NCBI GenBank assembly: GCA_036172245.1
Contig: JAYWIR010000013.1
Location: forward strand, 2,542,001-2,606,000
Direction of reading: 5' to 3'
Source of the DNA: Raillietiella orientalis
Taxonomy: Eukaryota
DNA: 64,000 nt
In this document: positions 37,779 to 48,542 of the stretch, in pieces
Position numbering within the stretch: position 1 is the first letter of the stretch
Layout of the letters: each line of letters starts with the position of its first letter
The notes under the pieces: generated by a model
What the model was told of the DNA's origin: nothing
Databases searched by the model: none
The model's input: the letters and a program-made list of their open reading frames with translations, nothing else
Program-made: the position numbers and the translations under genes

Positions 37779-40700
37779 AAGCCTATGTAGCCCAGGGCTA
37801 CAAGCCTACTCTCCGCTATAACGTAAGTGGGGCAGGTAAGGCTGGGGAGGAGTTCGCGGACGAACGCTACCGTGTGGGAGTGCGAGAAGAGGACCTCATA
37901 GCACTCATGCCTGTTCCAGCATTGGGCTATGTGAAGGTCCGATGCAAGCAGGCTGCACTTGTGCAGACGCTCCTCCGCACTCCTTTGTCCATCCGCGGAA
38001 AGAAAGTTTTTCCTTCAGCGATGGACGAGTCTTTTGTCGTTGTTCTCTCGGACATAGAGCCGGAGATCAACGACAAACAGTTGATGGACGCGTTGGCGAA
38101 ATTCGCAACCGTTCATGCGGTGTGGAGGAAGGAGAGTTCTTACAGAAAATTCCCTTCCGTACACACAGGATTTGCTGCGGTTAGGGTAACCGTTCCTAAC
38201 CGCCACACGCTGCCTGCCACGCTACAGGTCAACACGGCACGGTCGTTCACCTGTGGTTCGTTGGCAAAACTCGTGCGTGCGAGCAATACGGCAAAGAAGG
38301 GCATCGGGGTAAAGAATGCCCTTCCCCGAAGTGCCGCTACTGTAAGGAGTCCGGGCACGAAATTAGAAAGTGCCCGGACATAAAAAAAAAGGAGGCTGCT
38401 AGACTCCGGCGTGCCAAAGAGTGCGCAGAGGAGAAAACAGCATCCTCAAAAAAAAAAAAACAGGGAGGCTCGCGAAAGGCCGAAGATAAAAAAGGCCCGA
38501 GCGCGGTCTCAAAGTTGGCTCCCTCAGCATCAAAGCCCCAAAAGGGCAATCGCACGGCAGGGAAGCCATTTAAAAAAGGGCGAGAGGGTTCCGCGCGTAC
38601 CGTTACTGTCCCAGTAGCTGATCGCGGAAACGCTACTCGCGAAATGGGATCAGTAAAACCAGTCGCTCCGTGCGACAAGGCGAAAGGAGGACACGCGAAA
38701 GAAAATTGCGCGGTAACCGTCTCCTTGAGCGCTCTGTCCATTTCGGAGGCTTCAGTCGGAAACCTCACGAAGGCGTCTGCAGGTCCGTCGGAAAAAGCCA
38801 ACGAAAGCAGCGTTGCGTTGCCTGAAAACACGCAGCAACCAGCTGCATCCTCTCCAACAAGACAGTCGCGGAGCAATCTCCCGACTGCCGCGGAGGCCGC
38901 TCTTTCGCCGCCTTTCAAGGGTGCAGGGAAAGCTGCGCCCCAGGCGGTTGGGGAGGAACGTTCGGAGGCGTCCCTCACGAAAGTCGAGGAGCGCCCCGAA
39001 CGAACGGACGGTGGGTGGACGGTTGCGGTGAAAGAAAGAAAAATAAAATCTCCCAAAAATTCTCCGCAACCTAGTTCCAAGAGCCTCTCCAAGGCAAAGA
39101 ACAGTCGCGCGATGCAGAAGACTCGCGCGAAGGTTCCCTCTTTCGCTGCAAAGGCTACCGCCGCGGTCGCGAATGGCGCGAAAGTTGCGATCGCCAGGGA
39201 CGATGTTCCGGTGATTGCGAAAAAGGAAATGTCCGCGGTCCCATTCGCGAGCACCTCCAAACCGAAAGAGCAGGTGAGTCGCGAAGCGCCTGCGCTTCAA
39301 TCAGACTCTCAAACGGAGTCTGAGATCACCGACGCACGTCGGATCACACGCGCGGAAGCCGTAGCGCGACGGGCTAAGGCCCTGAGGCGCGCAGCGCAGG
39401 CCGCGAAGGAGCGAGAGCTCATCCCGGAGCGTCAAACGACGTTACGCGGAAATGAGCACTCGATTTCGTGCAGCACCAAGGAGGACGGTGGCGACCGTGA
39501 TCTCCAGTCAGCAGTGCTGCTCACCGTCCGCTCGCCGGGTAAAGCGGGCAAAATGCCGCCAACTTCCCAGCATTAATGCGGGGAATCGCGTCTTCTCGTC
39601 GTCTGTTCGTTACGTCTTGGAACGTGAACGGACTGCAGAATGACGAGAAGAGGCGCTTAGTAGCGAACGCCCTGCGCCCCTTCGACCTCGTGCTCCTGCA
39701 GGAGATTCACGTAATCTCCGACGAGCAGGCAGCCGAAATCGAGGAGCGCGCAGGCGGAACGCTACTTTGGCGGTGCGGCGGCGCACACACGTGCGGCGTC
39801 GCGTTCCTCGTAAGAGGAAAAATGGCGGAAGCGGTGCGTAGTGTTCGTTTCGATGACGACGGACGGATAGGCCAGCTTGTCATCAAGTGGTCCGAGTCCA
39901 TCGATCTCGTCGTTACGAACGTCTACGCGCCGAGTGGCTCTCGCTACCTCGAAGAAAGAATTGCGCTCTTCGAGGAAGTGAAATGCCACTGGTTCAACAA
40001 CTCCGGATCCCAAGTGGCGCACCTCGTCGCAGGGGACTTCAACGTCCACCTGCTCTCTGACGATTGGAACTGCCCGAGGGAGCGCACGTCGGCCATCGAG
40101 ATGTGCGCCTCAGTACGCGCTTCCAACTTGATGGTCGGCGTACCTGAGATGGAAAGGTCGCCGGATCACATCTTCCATGATAAAAACCTGCACCCTCGTG
40201 TGGGAAGAAGAGGAAGATTGTCGTCCGCTCTCTCTGACCATCACAGGTTGGAGTTCGAGCTCCTTCCGCCAGGCAAGGGGCCTCCGTCAAAGAACTGGAG
40301 GATGCCAGCGGATTGGCTTAGCCATCCGGAGGCGGCGGATCATCTCCGTCAGCACCTCCGGACCTTCGTCATCCGCGAACTCGCGGACTGGGATCATTTA
40401 AAGAGTTCAGTCCTCGAGTTCTCTGAACGGTTTCCCTTGCATCGGCTTCCGCGAGGCTTTGGAGAAAGGGTCGCCAACAGCAGGACTTTCCTGCAGGCGC
40501 GCACCTTTTCGAGACGCGCGGATGTCAGCCGGCTTGCGGAATACAGGGCGAGAGCCGAGCGCCAGGTCTGGCAGTCAGGAGCATCTTCCCTGCTCGATGA
40601 AAAAGGCCTGGAATGCTCGGCACCAGCCGGTATTCGCCGCATCATAAAAAGTTATTACTCCTCGCTATACGCGGAAGCACCAACGGAAATTATCTTTTCG

Positions 40701-43485
40701 GAGATACTGCTTTCCAGGTTGCTGCCGTAGTTAGCGAAGAGGAACGCTCACGTCTCGACGTGTCCTTCACGGAGGAGGAAATTTCCTCCGCAATAGCGAA
40801 GCTCAAGAGACGAAAAGCGCCAGGCGAGGATGGGCTGCCTGCGGAGTTTTATCAGTGCTTCGCGGGGGAGCTCGTTCCCCTGGTGCATCGCCTCTCGTCG
40901 CTGATGAGGGTTTCGGGGGATGTCCCCAACTCCTTCCGCTCAGCGAGGGTGCGTCTCCTTCCGAAAGGTGGAGACGCACGCCATTTAAACAATTGGCGTC
41001 CGGTCACTTTGGTGAACTCGGACGTCAAGTTGCTCTCCAAGATGTGCGTTGCGCGCCTAGGGAGAATCGCGCCGTCCTTGGTGAGCCCGGAGCAGACTTA
41101 CGCTGTTCCCGGGAGATCCATGGACGCGAACCTCCTGTTTGCACGCACCTGGATGCAGCTGCAGGAGCGCGTAGCGCAGCAAAGTCGATCCGTGATGAAT
41201 GCCACTGCTAAAGGCACACGGTATCGACAGAAGCGGCAAGAGGGTACGCCGGGTGCCTTGGCGGTCGCAGTCGACTTCCACAAGGCGTTCGATTGCGTGA
41301 ACCAAGCACTCCTATTGGAGCTCTTGGAACGCCTGGGTCTCCCGGCTCAACTCCTCAAGTACTTGCGCGCATGCTGGCGCCACGCGCTAACTTGCATTTG
41401 TTTTAGCGGCTGCCACGTGTACGGTATTCCCGTGCGCAGGGGCATCAGGCAGGGTGACAGTTTAAGCCCGTTGCTCTTCAGCATGTTCTTTGAGTTGGTG
41501 CTGAGAGCGTACAGGCTGACGCTGGAATACCTGCCTAGCTCTTGCCCGGGAACGCCTGCCGTGGCTGCCTATGCGGATGACCTGCTTCTTCTGCTCCCCA
41601 TGTCCACCCCGGCGTCCAGTGTCCAAGATTTCTTCGACCTGATTCGTCGGGGAGCGGGCGTGAGTGTGAACAGAGAGAAGAGCGTGGTCGTTCCTGTGGG
41701 CGCGTCGTGGGAGGGGCAGTCCGACCGGATCCGCCTGGGGATCCCCACGGCGGCGTACTTCAAGTACTTGGCGTTCCGTTGGCCGACCTCGGCGCTGCCG
41801 AGCGTGGTCGAACTGCCTTCATAAGGCCGAGTTGGCCGCCAGCCCGTTCATTAACGGCAAGTTCACCTTGCTGGAACGGGCGGCTATTTGGAACACCTTC
41901 GTGGCCCCCCTCCTCCGACCCCTCTTTTTTGTCTTGGAGCCCCCCTATGCGGCCAAAGTGCGGGCATAACGCCTGCTAAGGAACGCTCTCTGGGGTCCGG
42001 CGCGATCCAGGATCCGCCTGAAAGACCTCACTGCTCCACGTCGGGATGCTGGGCTTGGCATCCTGACGATGGAGAGAATCGGACTGCAAGTGCAGTTCCG
42101 GATGCTCGCACTTTGTGCCGAGCTATGGACTTCCCCCCTGTGTGCGCCTGCGCGCATCCTCCTGAGGTGTGCAGGCAGTGAAGGATTACTTTCTTTGGTG
42201 CCTGGCTTGCGCCACAGGAAACAGGGATTTGGCTATCCTTTGAGGAAAATCGCCACCCTATTGGAAGCCAGTACGTGGATTACCTGCCGCCCAATGAACT
42301 ATAATGCTTGGAAGCAGGAATCCATTGATTCGTGGGCTGCATTCTTAGGAATGAGCCGTGAAGATCTTCGCCCCTTGCGTCGATTCCACCCTTGGTCACT
42401 CCAAGATGTCATGCAGGACGAGGTGAAGCTTTCCTCCTTGGCCGCCACCCCCCTTGCCGAAGCACTGTCTGCCCTCGAGGCTCGAGATTACAGTAGCCAG
42501 CCGGCAAGGTGGGAGTTCTCCTGCACCATTGCAGGAAGAGCAAAACCAGTTGGCGAATGGACCATGAGCGAGCTTGCGGATGCCGCCACTCCTCTTGCTA
42601 CACCAAAAGGGTTTCTTCGGTGGGGAGAAGCTCTTGGTGTTGCCCCCGAAGAACTTATAGTTCCTCCCTGGTGTTTGGACGGTTCGGTGTTTCCCCTTGC
42701 ATGGAAGCAAGACGTTTTGCTTTTCTTGCACTGGGGATTGCGCTACAACGAGCGGCGCCACCGAGTTCCCGGTGGGGTGGCTTCTACCTACTGTGCCCGG
42801 TGCGGAGCGACGGAGTCGTTCCCACACCTTGTTATGGACTGCGGTGCACTCCAGGAACTGTGGAGGAGGCTAGCAGCAGCTCTCCCGTCAACAGGAGACA
42901 CCGCTCGAGAAGTGCTGCGACGGTTCTTCCAGACACAAGGACTTTCGATGGCTGCGACGATTTCCACTGTTGGTTGCATCCGCGCCATCGTCACGGTCCG
43001 AGACGTGCTGGAGAATACTGGACAGCAATGTTGTGTCACCAGGAAGGCAGCTGACTTCATCAGGTCGGCAGCTGGGTTGCGACACTTATATGAAGACACA
43101 ACGGAGGAGCTAACCGGTATCCATCGCCGGATCAGCAACGGCTTAGAACGACGAAATCGGTGATCCGCCCTCATTTTATTTTTGATTGGTTTTTTTGTTC
43201 TCGCGTCCTTTTCCCTATACGCTCCGCAGTCCTTTTGGTGCTAGAACTTTTGAGTTTCCCGGTGAGTGCGGAGCAATACCAAAGTTCCCTGGCCCACTCC
43301 TCCCATGTAAATTGTTTTTTTTTTTTTTTTTTTTTTGGACTCCCCTCAGTCGTCCGTGTTCTTCCGTTTTCCTGGCCTGCGTGCCAGTGTTGAATCTCCG
43401 CTGCAAGTCTACATAGTCGTGGGCTGGAAATAACTATTTCTAGCTCGTTTATATAAAGAAACGTCCCGGCGCGACCGGGTAAAAA
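37779..43485 (+). mobile_element. Family B LINE, slightly 5'-truncated, inserted into an APE fragment (GDFNVR) with a 14-bp TSD
   Basis: attt(t/c)aacgttcgc at 37765-37778 and 43486-43499; ORF1 to 39576; TAATG; ORF2 39576-43163; 3' hairpin cccggcgcgaccggg + A6. Confidence 0.93.
39576..43163 (+). pseudogene. Family B ORF2 (APE+RT+Cys motif), frameshifted near 40710 and 41775
   Basis: All APE and RT motifs present; CARCGATESFPHLVMDC. Confidence 0.95.
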
Positions 43486-43514
43486 ATTTCAACGTTCGCT
43501 TTCATGGGAGACGG

Positions 43515-43815
43515 ACGTGAATTCGTGTCGCTCCGTTGATCCGCGGTTTGGTTGTGCTTGTGCGTGCCGCTCCTCATTCGTAATGATGAGCATTGAACAA
43601 GACAATATGGAAGTCGTCGGGCCAATGGTTCCTGAACTTACTGCAGCTGAAACGACTGCGGCAACCTGTGCGAGCCCTTCGCCACCGACGAGGAGCTTCG
43701 CGGACGTGGCTGCATCTGCAGCCGTACAAGGATGCCTCCCCGACCAGGCGGAGTTGCAAGCATATGTAGCCTAGGGCTACAAGCCTGCTCTCCGCTATAA
43801 TGTAAGTGGGGTAGG
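43515..43815 (+). mobile_element. Family B 5' fragment (5'UTR + ORF1 start)
   Basis: SPPTRSFADVAA..DQAELQAYVA*GYKPALRY. Confidence 0.8.
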
Positions 43816-44559
43816 CTTAAATTAATTACAAATTAAACCCACTTTAGAAATTAGACACAATAATACAGTTGCTTGGCTAAAATTCTTAAATGCAAGTCAG
43901 GAAAATTAATGCCAGAATCATGTAACCACTCACATCTTTTTACCAATTCAATCCTCGATGGCTTCGTCTAAACATTACGATATGCAGACTGCAACTTTAG
44001 TGCTTGCAATGATACCAACTATTATGAACTTTCCATATGTGCCAAGCTGTGGAATTTCGAACAGAATACTCCAAATCAACACATCAGCTTCCTCATCCCC
44101 TCAGATCCGGACTGGGAATTACCATGCAGAATTATCTATGTTGTCAATCATTCACCACACAGCAGTCTTAAACAAGAATTCCAACCATTAATATAATAAA
44201 CCGCATGCACTTGCGTAGATAAAGATTGTATATATATACAACATTATGAAAGTATATGTTGTTTTGTTTCCACATGGAATAAAAAGGAATATTCAATAGG
44301 TTTGCAAATTCCGAATTCGAAAGGTTTCATGAGAGCATCAAAATGACTCAAATAAAAAAAAAAAAAATTTGACTCCATTAGACTTTCTCATTTTCATTTC
44401 GTGCAAAACATGGATGGTTGGTTCGACAGATGCAGGGCCTAACAGGCAGCTCAAGAATCACCCATCCTTCTGCAAAAGCACCAATTCGCGAATCCTACGA
44501 AAACATGGAGTTATTAGAATCCCTACTGGTACACGGACTCCATGTACTCTTTGCATACG

Positions 44560-44960
44560 GCGCCATAGCCTGGCTTCTCTCCTCTCTTCCCTCCTCGTTC
44601 CTATTTTGGCGTCCTCCTCTGCCTTGCGGAGCGGAGAAAGCCACCTACTAGTAGACTGCTATCTTTCGGACACTGTGGAAACACTTCTTCATTAACCCTC
44701 AAATCGCTTAAACTATGAGAACTCTGGCGGAGCTCCTTTTCACTAGGAGAGGCCACCTACCTCGGCGATCGTAACCGTTGCTACAGGGGCATAATAGAAG
44801 TTTGCCTCCCACCCTTCCCTGTGAATCTCGCATCACAACCTGTTCGCGACCAGTGGTCCCTTCTGGACTGTAATCGAAGAAATAATTCCACAACGAATGA
44901 ACACTGTTTTCTAGTGACTGCTTTTCTAATGACCTTACAATAAATGCCCCGGCGTGACTC
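44560..44960 (+). mobile_element. Highly decayed LINE 3' end
   Basis: ESHLLVDC remnant; aataaatgccccggcgtgac at 44939. Confidence 0.55.
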
Positions 44961-45379
44961 ACTGGACATAAAACTCGTTGTTAGTAGGTATATTTAGTGC
45001 ACACTACTATCAAGCCATCTTCATTTTCTGGTGCATCAATTCTGAATAACCTTCCCTGAAAAATTCCCGTATCGAATGGTACACTCCTAGCCTCAGTGAT
45101 CATACGATAGAAGCTCGAACTCAGAAACAAAAATAAAGCAATACAAGCAATGTACGAAAAAATGCATCACTCAAAGAAAGGTGCACGAATGAGTGGAGGA
45201 GCTTACGAATGACACAATGAGTGCACCAGACGCAGACAGTCCAGACCACCTGACTGTGGCAACAGTAAACCATGTCGAAAAAGTAAATCCTCTCGTTCAA
45301 TGCAACAAACGTACGCTGCCACTACTGAAGCAGTTTACACAGTCTACATATTGCACATAATGCGCACCACCATAGAGAA

Positions 45380-46360
45380 CACTGGTGGAGAACCTATGGC
45401 ACGCGTGCCAGTAGTTCCACGGACGAAAATTTTCGCGGCATGCCATTAAGTAAAAAAAAAAGTTAATCACAAAACTAATTTGAATCCTATCAGTCGACCA
45501 ATTTGCTTAGAATTCCAGGACTTCCCCTTGTGGAATCACACGTGTTTGTCATGCATTTTCGACTGTACTATCGCCAGTGTGCACAAATAAAGTGCGGCAC
45601 TTGTATTATTGTTGTGAATGCGACGACTTTCTGAAGTTTTTAGTGAAGGTGTGTATTATTCTTTGATATTTCTTCTTACCGTACTAAATAACATGGATGT
45701 TCAACATATAAAACAAAAACTATCGGAATCCAGCAATTTTGACTTCCAAACCAGGTGGACTGCAAATTATGGCATGACCAACAAAGATAATACAGCTGTA
45801 TGTGTCGTACGTTCAGAAACAGTTGCATGTAGGACGTCGTAAGTAAATCGGCATTATAAGAGGAAGGAAGCGTAAATCGCTCCTTGAGATAAGACGAACA
45901 GAAAAAATTCATTGCTCAGGCAATTGAAAACAGAAACATTCAATCAAACGCCTTGACAGAGTTTATCGGAAATCGTTCAAATATAACCCCCGCTACTTTT
46001 TTTGTTTCAAATGAAATTGCCAAACATGGAAAACCTTTTAGTGATGGTGACTGTGTTGAGCAAGCATGTTTAAAGTGGGCAAGTGTTTCCAGATTTTGAG
46101 AACAAGGAAAACATCATTCCAAGAATGATATGCCATTGGCCAGAAACTATGAAAGACAGAATATTGGAAATGGCGAAAATACAGCGTATAAGCAAAAAAT
46201 TGATATAAGAATCTTCCGGTTGAATTTCTCTTTGCATTAAAAAAAGTACCAGCGTGGTAAGGATGGCAGCAGAGAACCCTTGGCACAATATGTATTGGCA
46301 TAGCAATTTTCCGCTACCTCACGAATGTTTCTTTGCCGAGTTGATATTTCCCTCTCCGGA
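45380..46360 (+). mobile_element. hAT-superfamily DNA transposon 5' remnant (GTF2IRD2/SCAND3-like transposase N-terminus)
   Basis: TIR-like cactggtggagaacctatggcacgcgtgcca at 45380; FQTRWTANYG..AVCVV..; VSNEIAKHGKPFSDGD; TMKDRILEMA. Confidence 0.75.
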
Positions 46361-46744
46361 GAAGCATTGATAAGACTTTTCATCACAATTGATTCGATTC
46401 TGTAAAATGTATAGTGATATGCAACTCTTGTCTTCATGCAAGATTGTCACCCACAAATATTTCCTTACTAATACATCACTAAACATTAGTAAGCTATGGC
46501 AGCCGTATGGCTGTAGAGTCGGGTAGCCGCTATCTCCAGGTAGCGGCGTAACGACACAACCCGGAAATGCACTCTTTGAACGGTAACATACGGTTCTACA
46601 CTGAGGAAAAGTGGAGTCGTTTAGAAACCGCTCAAGAGTTGCACCACTATGCCTGGGGCACCGAGGCGGTAAAAAACACACAAATGTGAGTGTTCATTTC
46701 GTGCTACTCGCTGTGGTTACCGGTTGCTCCACAATGTAAGTGCA

Positions 46745-47670
46745 GCAATGGGCTTCTGAGAAGCTTCAGGGTGATGAAATTTGATGGTGAAAGCACTTGC
46801 AAGTTAATACATAATAATAATGAGTAAATTTCATTTGAAATGGCAAAATAGTAACTCCAACCAGGCTCAAACACTGTTTAAGTTCCTTCATGGACACAAA
46901 ATAACCATGGAACCAGATATCCTCCAAAGAATAAATCTACTGAAATTTTTGCTTCATTTTGTGCTCCAGCATCAAATTTTTCATTGTTTTCTTATTCCAT
47001 ACTGCTTCAAGAGCTCTCTCTAATGGCACTGTTTACCTGTAAGGCTTGCATTATTCCCTAGAAGAAGGATACCAACAGGGTACTCAATATAATTCGCAGT
47101 TCAGTAGGATAACTAAGCAACAGCTTTCCAACTTATGATTAGAAGCACAATGCTTAGCAAGAAGGAAATATTGGCTTTACTGCATGGAAATAAATGTGCG
47201 CTCAACTTTCAAAGTGCAAAGTATGTCACAAAACACCAAGAAGAAAAGATATTAAATCAGCATAGATACAACACATCATGTTCAAAAGGATGCACTTTAA
47301 GAGCAAAAGACTTTGATTTTGCTTCAAACATTCAACAACTGCAGTCTTTCTACCATCATAATAATCATGAGAATAATTTCAATAATTACCAGCAATCAAT
47401 TGAAAACTTGCAATTTGAAATTTTTTTGTGCAACAATCTTACAGTACACTTGTTTCTTCAATGCATCAAATTCTACTCAAAACTATAGTGCTGCATAAAA
47501 TGCTGTACTGAGATACAATCATGGAAAACTCCGTAGTACTCTCTTGTTTCCAAACTATCCAGAGAGCAGTGGAAACAACAGAATAAGAGCAATGCAATCG
47601 TTAAAGAAATCGTCGAAATCAGAAACCATAGAAGTACTTCAGTGATATCAATTTCAATAAAAAAACGCAT
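46745..47670 (-). pseudogene. Decayed AT-rich ORF divergent from the phenuivirus N gene (ambisense NSs-like or M-segment start)
   Basis: ATG 47670 lies ~30 nt inside a terminus-like inverted repeat; hydrophobic N-terminus; many stops; product not recognised. Confidence 0.4.
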
Positions 47671-47755
47671 TTAATTTTCAAACTGAAGATGTTTAGATAC
47701 ACACACAAAGATCTCTCAGTTTTGAAATATTGCAGAGACTGAATTATTAAGAAAA

Positions 47756-48542
47756 ATGGACAAATTGAACCCGGAGGAAGTAGAAAAATTAGTCAAAGAA
47801 ATTCAATCAACTTTGGTGTTTAATGATGAAATGGTAACTTCCATCAGACAAAATATAAATGATTTTGTTTATGAAAGTTTTGAGCCTAAAAGAATGGCTG
47901 TTATGATATGGCACACGATTCAGGGGTATGCTCTTAAATCTAAAAAAGAGGATATCTTGATAATGATTATGTTAGCTTTGGAAAGAGGGAATAATTTAGA
48001 CAGCATGAGAGAAAAGATTAGTGAGCTGGTCTTGATGCTCTTTTTAAAACATACAAGTTCGTGTCTAACCCCGGTAAGAGCAAGGATGCAACAATGCTTT
48101 CAAGAGTGTCATTGTTCTTTCCTTGGTTGACTTGTGAGATGTGTTCTCACATATTATCACATACAGTTTCTGCCTATCTCTTAGACAACTTAATATCTGC
48201 CATTTACCCTAGGCAAATGATGACAAGTGCATTTGCAAATAGGATACCCATAGAAACTGACAATGCAGAAAAGAGCACTGGAATTGATAAGATAGATCTG
48301 CTTATCTTTTACAACAGCTTGAAGTTACCCAGACAGTTTCAAAGATATTCCCAAATACAACCAACACAGATCTAATCTCTAAAATTCGGGTTTATACAGA
48401 TTCAGGTGAAGCAAATAATTACATTCCCAATGCTGACAGAGTACCCTATATGATTAAGTGAGGTATTTTTGACGAAAATTGGACTCTGTCTACTGATGTG
48501 GTCAAAGCAGCATCAGCTTCAGAAAACGAACTTGCATTTTGA
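47756..48542 (+). pseudogene. Endogenous viral element: Phenuiviridae (phlebo/tenuivirus-like) nucleocapsid N, full length but frameshifted
   Basis: DFVYESFEPKRM, DILIMIMLALERGNN, TMLSRVSLFFPWLT, YPRQMMTSAFA, GIFDENW..VVKAA match phlebovirus N motifs; genome-terminal ACACAAAG at 47703-47710. Confidence 0.85.

Noticed and set aside
37777..43815. 60-nt direct repeat (37777-37836 and 43756-43815) suggesting a circularly permuted or LTR-like family B element
   Set aside because: The 37779-43485 copy has its own 14-bp TSD, so it is an ordinary 5'-truncated insertion. The 43515-43815 piece is a separate 5' fragment, with 5 mismatches in the overlap.
46360..46745. Small hairpins (cagcc-gtat-ggctg; gccgctat..gtagcggc) as a second viral origin
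   Set aside because: No nonamer in the loops and no Rep-like coding nearby.
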